Part shown: positions 43,831 to 56,053 of the stretch, piece after piece | Numbering within the stretch: the first letter of the stretch is position 1 | Layout of the letters: every line of letters starts with the position of its first letter | NCBI GenBank assembly: GCA_002269645.1 | Contig: NIVC01001210.1 | Coordinates: forward strand, 248,001-312,000 | Direction of reading: 5' to 3' | Source: Macrostomum lignano | Lineage: Eukaryota | DNA length: 64,000 nt | Translations under genes and position numbers: made by a program | The notes under the pieces: generated by a model | Told to the model about the DNA's origin: nothing | The model's input: only the letters and a program-made list of their open reading frames with translations | Database searches by the model: none

Positions 43831-44934
43831 TCTGACATTACGGTTTGCACGTCAATTTCTTCGGAGTTCGGGTTGGTGAATTCTTTCATCCAGAGAGGTG
43901 ACCAAATGGAGCAAAGGATTGCGGTGCAGCCTTCGGGAGCGGAGCGAAGCCCCCACATTTGAACCATTGACAAATTTTCAATGAAATTAAGACAGTTGTT
44001 AATACGAAATTCTTCTTTTTGGTGCGTATGTAAGAAGTACAAATATTAAAAGCTTGAAGGAGACTTTGAATTTCTATTGAAGAAGAATTTGATATCGACA
44101 TTCTTTTAATTTATTCGATCCAGCCCCTGCTGAAAATGTAGTTCCCCTGCCCCTCGGAATTGCTAAAACACTGCCGACAAATCCTATAGCTCTCGTTTCG
44201 GTGAGTTGCTTGATTAGACCGCTTTGGAGCTCAGAAGTTAGAGAGCTTACCTGAGTCTACAGGAGCAAAGGAAAAGTGGGCGATGAATGTGTTCCGGACG
44301 TGGAAGGAGAATTGTGTCCAAGTGCAAATGCAAGGTCATCCGTCAGGACTAATCCAGGCATACATGTAAGTGAGCTAGTCGATTCTGAAGATTCCTGTGC
44401 ATCTATAACTGAACATGGTGTGAAGTCTATCATCATTGATCGAGTAAAAATCGAAAATCGGTTTAAGTGAGTTCGAGAAACCTCTAATGCACGTACGCTC
44501 GTATATAACAGTCTTTTGTTGCATTTTAAGCCCATTGGGCTTACATGCATTGAAGTTCATCTAATATATGTTTGCCAAAGTAATTGCTTTTGTCTATCGT
44601 AGCAAGGCTGGCACAGCGGCATTTAATTTGATCCAACAAGCATCAATTTGGTTTTTTAGCGGCTCTATCCTTAGATTCTAATTTAGGCACGACTGTCACA
44701 AACAGTGAGGACGAAAGCATAACTTTATTTGCAACTGCCGCGGAGAAGGAAGATAGATCAGCCACCAAAATCGTGGACCTTTCTGACGAACGAACGTCAA
44801 ACGAATGAACTGTCGAGACTTGTGATCGGCGTGGAGTTTTTACCGTGCAAAGATGCCTTTTTTGTTTTTTATATTCGAGCAAATTGCATTTTTGTGTCAC
44901 CTGTTATTGGTACATTGAAATTTGCTTAAATAAG

Positions 44935-46145
44935 TTCCCTTTTGTCTACGGTTTTTGTCTATGCAAGAATTTCCCGGCAGCAATGTAACGCTACGCGGCT
45001 TCAGCTTACGCAATTGCTGCCGAAAAAAATCGGTACATGTCATTATTGTACCCTTTTGACTTCCCCTGTCTATGGCCCAGACATGTATAGTGCGGATGCT
45101 GAGTATGAAATGCGATTGTTGCCGGAATGCGCTTTGAAAGGGTTGTAGAGATAATCAATCGTCTATGGCAAATTTAGTTGCTCTCTAAATGAAAGGGTTG
45201 TAGAGATAATTAATCGTTTATGGCAAATTTAAAGGACAGTGAAGACAGCTAGCCTGGCTGCCATGAGTTAATTCTCAAGTTGATTTTGAGCTTGAATTAA
45301 TTCTCCTATTCGGAGTGCAAATAGGAAAACTAGCTATGATTCGCTACGCAAACATTCCTGGCGGAGAAATATGTGGACTCTCCACGGACGAGTTGGCTTT
45401 TGTCACCCGAGAGTCGAGCACGCGCTACGTTCTGGAGATGGACAACCTGGATGCGTCGTCCAGTTCCAACGGGCTGCCTGAGCTAGGTAGCGAAGATCTG
45501 GAAATGTTGGACCGACTTGAGAGTGACTCAGTGCCGAAATCGACCGAGACGCAACGGAAGCTTCACGTGGCAAGGTTCCGACAGTTCCTCAACGAGAAGG
45601 GGCTCTGCCAGGAGTTTGAGCGTGTTCCGGATCGATTTTTGAACGATTATCTGAGGCTTTTCTGAGGTTTGTTCTTAAGAACTTTTTGTGACTATGAAAC
45701 ACTTTCGCCGTGTTGCTATTGTTGTTCCTTGTTTTGATAGCCAAATACATTCGTCTGAAATCCGGCAACAATCGAAAAAAAGCCGACAAACAATTAAATT
45801 GTTACCGCAAGTATGAATGCCGGAAACCATAGACAAAAGGGAACAATATTATTTTTTACCGGCTATTGATCGAAATGTCACTTCACGATAATGACCTCTA
45901 ATTAATGGCCAATAATTAACGAGTATGCCTGTTAGGGCCATAGACAATTCAATCAATTAACGGTTCAATTGACGATTCCATGAACGGTTTTTGCTTTTCG
46001 TTTTAAGCAAATATAATTGCTGCCGGGAATTCTTGCATTGAACCATAGACAAAGGGAGTAATACTTAATACAGATTGCGCTGTCCCAACCATAGACAAAA
46101 GGGAACGATACACATGTGGCCGGCTTTTTTTCGGCAACAATTGCA
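44935..46145 (+). mobile_element. Crypton-like (DUF3504/tyrosine recombinase N-terminus) remnant flanked by inverted subterminal repeats
   Basis: 45315-45665 encodes SVPKSTETQRKLHVARFRQFLNEKG...FERVPDRFLNDYLRLF; TTCCCTTTTGTCTA(C/T)GG blocks at left are inverted as CCATAGACAAAAGGGAA at 45827 and 46089. Confidence 0.55.
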
Positions 46146-47631
46146 CAGCTGTAACTCATGATAGAGTTTCATAATGAACCAAATTAAATGCTGCTATACC
46201 AGCCTTGCCACGATATACAAAAGCTCATTACTTTGGCAAAAATAGCTCGTATATTGGATTAAATTCAATGCATACTTTAAATTTAATTCAAGGCATGCTT
46301 TCGATTAAATTCAATGCCCAAATGGACTGCAAAAAACTGTAATGTCTCACATAAACGGATAAAGGAGTTCTGAAGGCTTGATTATTGGTTCCATATGGAT
46401 TTCAATAAGGACAGAGAAAGACATTAGCATCGAACACATGCTGCTAAAAAGCCAGAGCTGTTCGAGAAGTGCTCAGCTGCTTGAGGATAAGGGAGGGTGC
46501 GGTTTCGTCTACCGGTCTCCAGTTAATGTGTGCTGCCTTTGTGTATTTGAAGAAGATAATAACTTCATTGACATTAGCTGCCTATAATTATGTGGTTCTT
46601 TTGGGGTTCTCACTGAAAAACTACCAAGAATTAAGTAATTTAAAATGATTGCTTCGGCTTTCACAAAAAACGGTCATTACTTCGAATATGGAGATTAAAA
46701 TTATTAGCCTCGAGGGCTGCGGTGTCATTAAATTTAATAGCTAGTCCGAAGATTTGGAAGAAAATATGGATAAAGCTGTGCCTTTATGAGACTGCGACTA
46801 GTCAGCCCATATTCCAAGCTCAGTCCGACCACAACTGAGGCTTCCCAAACAAAAAGGTCCGTGACTTTCCCTGAACAATTTACCAGACAAATTGTTATAA
46901 ACCGCTACAGTTTTACACTCTCAAATCCAAGCATAATAAAACGTATAAAACGATTTGAAGAGTGCAATCCATCAGTTTTTTCTGTTCTCTAAGAGAGAAA
47001 TCTAATAGCATTCGAATCGATACTGCATTTCTGAAGTAGTAAAACAATGTTTATCTTACAAAATCGACTCACTCGAAACAGAAAGCAGGCTTAAAAGGTT
47101 TGGATTGATGAAGCATTCGTGTCTATTAATAAAATAATGTACGCCTCATCAGCTTAACGAATTCAAATACAATCGATTAAAATCTCAAAGCACTTTTCTC
47201 CCAAATGCAAAGTATATCCCCTAGTGAAGGATTTATTGAGAGCATGTCGGACCAGCATATTGTATTCGCGGCAACATGAAATCAATGGCGAACAGCATTT
47301 GCGATATAACTGTATAAATACAGTCTAAAAGGATATTTTGGTTGAAAATAGCAGCAAAACAGTATGGGATTTCAAGCAACAGTGAAGCAAAATACTACTA
47401 AGGAAAGATTTAGAGATAAAGTTTTTAAAAATTTAAAATTCAGAGCCTTGTCGAACGCGTCACACAAGCTTAGTTAATTAAAATTCTGTTTGATATCAAT
47501 CAGAATTAACAATAGCTAATGCAATGAACCGGGTTGCAGCTTAGCGTCTGGGTAAATACAGTTTTTTTACGGGTCGGCACGAAGAATTGTTTTTAAAAAT
47601 GAGATAAGACGCAAATTTAACTATATATAGG

Positions 47632-50385
47632 CTACTCCATCTCAGTCACCTGAATGATCTCCTCGTACTTCGGCGGCTCCTCGTCGGCAGCGAAGCCCGA
47701 GTTGGAGGCTCCCGCGGCCACCTCGTCGTAGCTAGGCGGCATGTCCGGCCTGCGGCGCGTCCTGTCCGAGAAAAGATCTGAGGGCAGTCGGCCGTCCGAC
47801 ACCGTCATGGCAGACGGCGCAGAGCGATGATGGCTCACGGCTCGGGAGCGAGACCTCGAAGACCATCTCTGGCGCAGACAGGTCGAAAGCGCTACGAAAG
47901 CCGTCGCAAAGACGAAGAGCCCGATGAGTACACGAACGATGAAAGACCAGTATTCACTCTGTCCGCTGGACCCACCTTCCGTGCAGTTTGCTTCATCGCT
48001 TGAGTCGCTGCAGTCTGTTTGACCGTCGCACACTTTGGCCGATAGGATGCACTCTCGGCCGTTTGAACAGCGCCACTCTGGAGTTGTGTTGAATTCGTTA
48101 AAACTTGTTTAGCTCGTACTGAATTACTTAATTTACCAATTCATGGCGAAATTTGGAAGCAAACTTTCATGACGCTGACTCCTTAGCGCGCACATGCACA
48201 TGGATACGTGAGCAGGCGCACACTCACGCAATGTGTACAGCGGCTCTGACTTTCTAATCATCAGACACTCTTTGTGCCTTGGGCGTTAGCCATCATGTGC
48301 GAGAATCGCAAAAATCTTTGTGCATTTTCGTGCGCGAGCCTCGCATTAATGTGACTGCATCCGGAAACGAACCTGGGTACGTCGTTGGCGCGAGAGCCAG
48401 ACGCATTGCCACTAGGCTACTTTAAACCCCTCTGTTCATTTCTCCCGATTGTCTTTCGATTTCATATTTGCGAATACGAGCTAAAGATCTATGCCTTCTT
48501 ATCGAAAGATTTTTATAAAACGTACCGCTACTTCCACACTGAAGAGTGCCGTTGACGCCATTGGAACAGTCGCCGTCAGTCACACTTAGGTCATCCAAAA
48601 GCACCGTGTGAACTTTGTCCCATCGATTAGCTCTGACTACGAGGACCACGCTAGTAAATGAAGATATCGCTTCCGAGCTAACTGATCCACTCATCCGATT
48701 CCACTGATTGATAGGTCCAGTTGTGGTCAGCACCACCATCGAGTGTCCTGGATAGGTTCCGGATATTTGAACCTCCATTTGGAAGCTGAACCCGTTGGAG
48801 CCCACTCCGTAAAACCATAATTCGAAGCACCTTTGGCTGCTATACCCAAGACGGCGATTGGACAAAAAAACGGCATCCTCGCTTCCGGGACGCAATCGAA
48901 GCATCCGCTGAGGCAGACGCGGCACACCCCGATCCGGCACTGAGCTTGAAGTGTGGTCCAAGAACGAGCTGATTCCGAATTCACTGGCTACGCTAAAGTC
49001 GGTGACAACTGGCAAGTTAACCGTCTCCCAGCCGCAGGTTGACCACTCAAACGAGCAGATGAACGGCATTCGGCTCTCATAAGCGGAATTACTGCACTCT
49101 GTGGGTTCAGCGCTCAAGTCGTCAAGCCAGTGCGCGCCCCCAGTTGATTTATTCCTGCCATCATCTGACTGGATGATGTTTACATCGATCCAGCCGCCAG
49201 AGAATCCAGACTCAAGCTGCACTTCAGCCATGCTCCAAGTGGTCAGGCTCCAAAGAGCTGGCAGCCGCAGCAGTACTCGACCACCATTCGATTCGGTAAG
49301 CGTCAGGGCCTCGTTATCTGTAGTAAAGCCATTTGATATCCAGTAGAATCGGTAGCAGGTTGCAGATTCTGCTTCGGCTGCAGCTTTGAATCCAGACAAT
49401 CTCAAAGGCGATCGCGTCCGTTGAGCGAACTCAACAGACTTTCGCTGCACTCTCAGACTGCAGTCGCGTAAGTCAAGCTTCTGGCTGAAGTGGTTCGAGT
49501 GGTCCACTTTGCAATCCACCCAGGCATCTTCTCTTTGAATGCTGTGTGCGCCGGTTCGACCAAGAGCAAAATTTGTGCCGAAGTTGCCAGGTGAATAGCA
49601 GCGAGCGTATTCGTAACTTTCGTCGCTTGACATTCCGGCAAAGAAGTCGCTAGAATACGGCCGACTGCAGTCGTTAATGGAGTCGCAGCGCTTGCTGAAA
49701 TTAAACCGCGTGCGATTTAAAGTGAGAGCTTTCAAAAATAATTTTACAGCACACAGTTATTTTTTTAGTGATTTTGTTCTGCATGAACTCACCTCGAATT
49801 GATTTCGGATCCGTCCAGGCACCGATGTCTCCCGATAAGGCTAGAACTGTTTTGCCCCGGCTTCAAGTTTCTGGAGTCCTCGGTAGCAAACTCCGCTAGG
49901 AACAGAGTCACTCTTTCAAGCTTGGGCTGCAAAACTTCAACGTTGTGTACAGTTAAGAAATATCTGTTGATCGTGTCTGAGATGCGAAGGCAGATAGGTC
50001 CGCTGTAAAGACTTTCAGGACGCAGAAAAACAAACGTATCGGAGTCGTCTCGCTGCCACAATATAGAGCCGTTACCCGCGTAGTTAAGAAACGAGTCGTG
50101 CTCACTTTTAAATCCAAATAAAAAGTAAGTCTCATTAGCAGAATAGAATTCGAGCTGTTTGAACTCGATGCACAAGACGTCAGATTCGTTTCTAAACTCA
50201 ATTTCGAACTCGTAGACGCAGTGCGATTGCACAGGTAATGAGTGGGGAAAGTTTTCACTGACGAATATCCCGCTGCTTTTAGTGGTAGAACTTGCATCAA
50301 TATTGAACACTTCTCTGCAGGCGAGGCAGCAACTCTGAAACAGCGTCAGCATCAATAGCTGATAAATCCTCAATTTAAAAATCAT
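47632..50385 (-). CDS. Receptor paralog A: signal-CUB-LDLa-MAM-MAM-LDLa-TM-PPxY x2; exons 50385-49793, 49694-48526, 48077-47632 (735 aa)
   Basis: Exon lengths 593/1169/446 give phases 2 and 1 and an open frame; CGSSEWRCSNGRECILSAKVCDGQTDCSDSSDEANC LDLa; CSFEWSTCGW...DHT...LDDLSV..GDC MAM; PPSYDEV and PPKYEEI. Confidence 0.88.
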
Positions 50386-51261
50386 GTCTGTCCGTTCCTT
50401 GTGTTGATCTCTGCGAGAATAGCTAGATGGAAACTTTTGTTGTCTCATAAACACTGGCAAAGCACCTATTGCTATGCCTAATAGCATGAACAGCGCAAGG
50501 TAGGAAAGCTTGAGCAAAGACTTTAAGTGGTGATAAGATATGCTCGATAAGTACGTTCACCGCACAGTGGGCAGCACCGTAGCACTGTCGACACCCGTGT
50601 TGATATCAAAATTTTAATCGTCAAATTTATATTTGTTTCTATGATGATATGCTTAAAGACGATTCGAAAAAAGCAAGCATTGCATGGTGCCGTTCTGCAC
50701 CTGGCTGCGGGACCTTAAGACACATTCTACCATTTTGCTTGAGACGCGCAAATCTTTCGCATTGTCAAAAGACTAAAATGTTGACTTATACGCCATGCAT
50801 GTAGTGCACTCGTACAAGATGCCTTCTTAGATTTTAACACTGCAAGAGTTCTTGTTTATAGTTCTTATTTTCATTTTTGTAAAGCTTGGGGAGTATTAGG
50901 ATAGGATTGAGCTGGAATCTTTGTGTTTTACCAAACTGGATTTTACCATTCAGAACTTACAATGCTGCCTTCATTGCTTTCCGATTGTAATTTTTCTTCA
51001 TTTTTTATGAAGCTACAAGGCTATTAAATTGAGTAGCAGAGTTGGTGAGTCAAAAAGGACTGATCGACCGATCATGGATCAGTTATAGTCCAAACATGAC
51101 CAGTCATTCAATAGACATGGACTGAATAACCACTCATTGGCCTGTGTTAAATCAGTCATTGAAGTTGATAGACAAACCATAGACCTGTTAGATCTGCAAT
51201 AAACCAGTAATTAAGCTGTAATAAACCGGTATAGTCACTGACCGGCCAGATCAATTTAAGA

Positions 51262-51589
51262 TTAGCCATAGACAAATAATAGCTCATCGTAGACCAGTCC
51301 GCACAGAAAGAGAGACACGGTGCTGAATTTCGCTATCAAGTCGGCTCTCTTAGGCGATATGTTGGCGGCGTCAATATTCTCCGATTCTTCCCCGTTCAGC
51401 AGCTGATTTTTCACTGCCTCTGCTTCGTCTCCTACTGCATCGTCTGGGACTTCGGCGTCGTCTGGCTGTGGTGGAGCAGCTTGTTTTTTGTTGCTCAATA
51501 AGCTCTTGTTTGTTTCCTGAAACCGGTAGGCCATTGTCTCTGAGAGCTGCGCGCAGTTGGGCTACTGTTAACCGGTCGAGATCAGACAT
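51262..51589 (-). pseudogene. Frameshifted SAP-domain plus acidic-linker fragment, probably transposon-derived
   Basis: LDRLTVAQLRAALRDNGLPVSGNKQELIE is a typical SAP motif; continuation lies in another frame after an A-rich run. Confidence 0.6.
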
Positions 51590-52113
51590 GACGACAGATG
51601 AAAAATTTTAGAGCTAAAAAATTGAGCTCACGCAGGCAGCCAAAAACGCTGAGTAAGCAGAGCGAGACGCAAAGAAAAGGGCAGACGGCGCAGAGGCTAA
51701 TCACTGGTAAATCTCTCGCCAGCGCATTAATTAATTATTGCCAGTGAGTCTTGAATGGGTAAAAGTAGTGAGTAGGGACTAATGCTGACGAGAAGTCCAG
51801 CTGTTTCGTTAACCGAGTTGCCAGATTTAGAATATGGCCTTGCAGGTACGGATGTCTGAAGAGGCAGCACGGCTTTGGAAGATTAATACAGTCGGAGTGA
51901 CTTTTCGATACAGTCCGACGGCATTTCGATACAGTCGGAATGAAGGCATCTCGTATCTCTCCGCGTTTTGGAACTGGCAAGACGTCTTGGAGTACAGCAC
52001 TGCTAAATTGACTACAGGTAGTGCCGCTTGCCCAAATTGAGCGATTTTTGGTCTTGCTTCAAGTTTTAATACGAGTACACAAGCCAGAAAAGTAGGTTAT
52101 TACCGAGAAAAGT

Positions 52114-55100
52114 CCCTATGAAAAATTGGCCCGAATTTTCACCCTACTCTTCACCCGAAATCGTCAGCACTTTGCGGGTGTAAAAATTGCCGGGCTACTG
52201 GCCCGGAATCGTTACGAAAAGTTCGTTTTTCGGGCGATGCACCCGTGCATGCACCCGCATTTATACCCGAATATTTACGGGCGATTCACCCAGAATTATT
52301 TTGCGCCGAAAAATCCGGGCCAGTTAACCGATATTTTGCTTGCAAATCCGGCCCGAAGAGCTGGTCATATTTCCTGCTTTTGGTCTTAGTGATAGTGCAC
52401 GATATTATAGTAAGTTTTTAGAGGGCATAAACTTAATTACGGTGACTGCCACTTTTCATAATGTAATAAAACTTGTATCTAGTTGAATAGGAAGATTTTG
52501 CATGTACGAGCTAAATGACCCCCTCCAAGAGAGCTACATGTATCGAGAAGAAAAATAAGGCAATTCTGGAGGGATTCAATAAGAAATCTAGATCTAGATA
52601 GAAATGTTTAAGCTTGGCCACATAATAAGAAAAAGTGTGTGTGATAGTTTATTTAAATATTTAATGAATGCATTCAATACGTTCAGTAAGCAAAAGCATT
52701 AAAGCATTAAAGTAATAAAAGCAAAGGAGGGTTAAGAAAAGAATCGAAACAGAAACAAACAAAGTTGTAAAGAAGATAACATGAAGGGGCTTGACGTAGA
52801 GAAATTCTGAAGAAAACCATAAAAAGGAGAAATAACTAACTATTTATAGGGCATTTGCAGCTAAGAAATAACCAAATATACTAGTACGTTTGCAACTGAA
52901 AAGAGGTAGATCTAAGGCACAGAGTGCAAGGAGAGGGGTGCACACAGAATGCACATGTGAAATAGCTAAGATAGGGAAAGTATTAGCGCGAATATGGAGA
53001 AAGGAGAGAAACGATGTGAGGGGGAAATAGCAACATTCGGAAGGATAGGAAGAACCGAGATCAGTAATGGGGTCTGGTGCAAATTAAGGTGACTTCGAGA
53101 TCCCTCCCTCCCAGTCGCAGCCACATTACGAAGCAATGAAAAAAACAAATCAGTGTAGAACAAAAGCAAATGCGATAGAAATTCATAAGTTCAAAGTTTA
53201 GGTATAGATTTATAACTCAGCGAGCGACAGGATGCGATACTGCGCTTGATTGAACATGTTAGCAGTGTCACTGGTTGTGAGCCTGGTGCTGGGTGGCGTA
53301 ACAGCAGATTCTGGCAGCTGAGATGCTGCAGCACCAGCTAATCGAAGCAGCGCACCTGGAGTAGAAGGGGGCGCAGTTGCAGAAAAGCGTCAATAACGTT
53401 TTAAACAACACTACAATACAAAAAAATGAAAACATCACCTGGTTTGGTCTTCGTCGCCTTTCTAGCGACGCTGGTCTTTCTCGGTAGTTGGCCCTCTCGG
53501 CATCGGGAGTAGGCACACTGCAGCTCGGATTTTGTGATTTTACATGACTTTAAAATAGACTGTTTGGGCTGGAGTATGTCGCCTAACACCAGTCCTGTAG
53601 TGCACGGCATAATCCCGGCGACGACGCTTAGCAGTCCAATGTCATCAGACATTAATGGCCAGAGGAAAACTTGGCTGAGGGGCATGTATACATAGCATAA
53701 ATGACTTAGGAGCATGGTATGATGATGCTAAAATTCTGTTTATTGAGCAATAAAATCTAAACCTAAATTAAAAGGCAACAAAATTGATTATTAATAATTT
53801 TTCTTTAATTATAATGGTATAAGTACAGTGCTTGGAATGTTAAATCTGATGGTAAATGTTTATTCTACAAAACATATTCAGATTATTAGATCTAAAACAT
53901 TCATATAAGAGCAAAAAGAAGGCTTATTTATAAGATATAAAGGGCCTTTATCTCTGGGAATATGTTAAATTGCAAAACTTTTTCAAGTTATTAGCTTCCT
54001 TGAAAAATGCTCAGTTCTAGGCTTTAGGTTCCCTTAGAATATAATAAGTTATCAAAATTATATTAAATAAAATACAAAAAGCATACAGATTAAAAAATAA
54101 TGTGAATACATAGCTTTCTAAAAAGTACTATATAGACTATACAAACTTGAAAAAGCAAAAATTATATTAATGCTACTCAGAGTTTTATGAGCTATATTTG
54201 GACTTTATAAATGGTTTTTTAAATTGATTTGTTACTTATGTTCTAAAACTTTTTACCATTCAGCAAGCTCTCTGTGCTCATATACAATACTATCTTCATT
54301 ATAGGTGAAATATTAATCAGGATAAGTTTTCTAAATTATTTTCTATTTTTACTAACTTTAAGAAATAAATAAATAGGCTAATTACTGGACTTAATTAAAT
54401 TATAATTAACTATGTGACTGCCAATTCCTGAACCAGGGCAGGGGCAGGGGGTCAGTCCTTGCTATTGACTCATTTAGTGAAATAATTCACATTGACTATT
54501 TTTGAAGTTAAATAAACTTTGTCTGTTAGATTATGATAAATTAATACAAAAGTAACAAAACACGCTTCACTAGCTAGCACATAAAATATCGAAGTTCTGA
54601 AAACGTGGCGTCTGAAATTTAAATATTTTTCGAGTAACAAAAACAAACAAAATAGTTTCCTAGCTTTTTTTCACATTGGTCAGCGCAATGAAAGAGTGAA
54701 AAGCACAGCAAATACTTAATAAAAATAGATTTTAGCCTGTGAATAGCTTATTCAGAAACAGGTATTTATAGTAAGCGATTGTAAATGATTTCACTTCCAT
54801 GGGCCTTTTCATATTACCAATTCCAGAACCAGAATCGGTTCGGAATTCCAAGAAAAACAGCAGTATAACTATTAAACTCTGTTAATATTTGACTGCCTTA
54901 ACAACCTAACTTAGCACAATTTTTCACTTTCTTCTTGGCGATTGTCATTCAATAATAAAAACTTTATAGCACGTATCTCCCTCTAGTTATGGAGACAAAA
55001 AGTTATACTTCACAAATTGGTTCTGGTTCTGGAACCAGAGCAAGCAATATGAAAAGGCCCCATGTCGCCAGCCGCATCTCAGCCGCGTCAAAATTTTAAA

Positions 55101-55605
55101 CGCAGTCCCCAGACGCGGCTCGTGTAAAAAATTAAAGATTAGCATGCAAAAAGATTCCCCAAAAGGGCATGGAAGGGCATGGACATGGAAGTAATGATTT
55201 CGACACATTATTTCCCACCATTTGTGATCGATATATAAACTCCTATAATAGTACTTTTTAAAATAATAAACATACATGTACGGTTGAATCTTGGAACCTG
55301 GGCACCTAGCTTCCTACTCGTTTAGCTATATTGATTTAAACCCATTTTTAATCTGCATCGTCAAGTCAAAGTCCCTCAGGACACGCTTTTAGAAAAAAAC
55401 GGGCTAGAGACCCGCACGTCTGGGTTTCTGCTTTCCCCGCTTTCCGGGCGAGAGTCCCGCTTTTTCGCCCGATTTAGTTTCAACCGTTTTGTCGGCGTGC
55501 TTTCCGGGTGAATCGACCGCTTTTTAGTTTTCACCCGCAAATTTAAAGTTCCGGGCCCAATTTCATATGTTTTCGGGCGAAAATTCGGGCCAATTTTTCA
55601 TAGGG
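52114..55605. mobile_element. CACTA/EnSpm (CMC)-like non-autonomous element, 3492 bp
   Basis: TIR CCCTATGAAAAATTGGCCCGAATTTTC at 52114, inverted at 55579-55605; 2-bp GT duplication on both sides; many CCCG/CGGG subterminal motifs; weak transposase-like remnant FLWPL...VVAGIMP at about 53560-53690 (minus). Confidence 0.78.
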
Positions 55606-56053
55606 GTGATTCAAGCCCGACGGAGGACCAGGGATCGCCAGAGTTAGCCAGAACAAGTCCGCTAGCTCGTCTAAAGTTTCGAAAAAAAACTTCGATGACT
55701 TTATAAATTTATTTGTCTTTACGAAGATATTTTTGATAAATGACTTTAAAAATCGAAGAGAAATAAAATTACAATACAATTTCACCTGCAAAAACTGTTT
55801 CGGTCCTCGTCGAGCATATCAAAAAAGCTCTCTGAGATTGATTTTTTAAACCTATAGCACTTACTCCGATGTTCGGACCGGAGTACGTGCGACAGAATAC
55901 GAGGCGTTAAAATTTGACAAGACGTGAATGATTAAAGAATTGAAATAAAAAACTATACAGATTCTGCTACGAATATATGGAATCAAGAGTAAGCAAGAAA
56001 AAGTTATACACGAATTCGTGAAAGGTTTTTCGCGTTTTTATCGTTAGGTTCGC

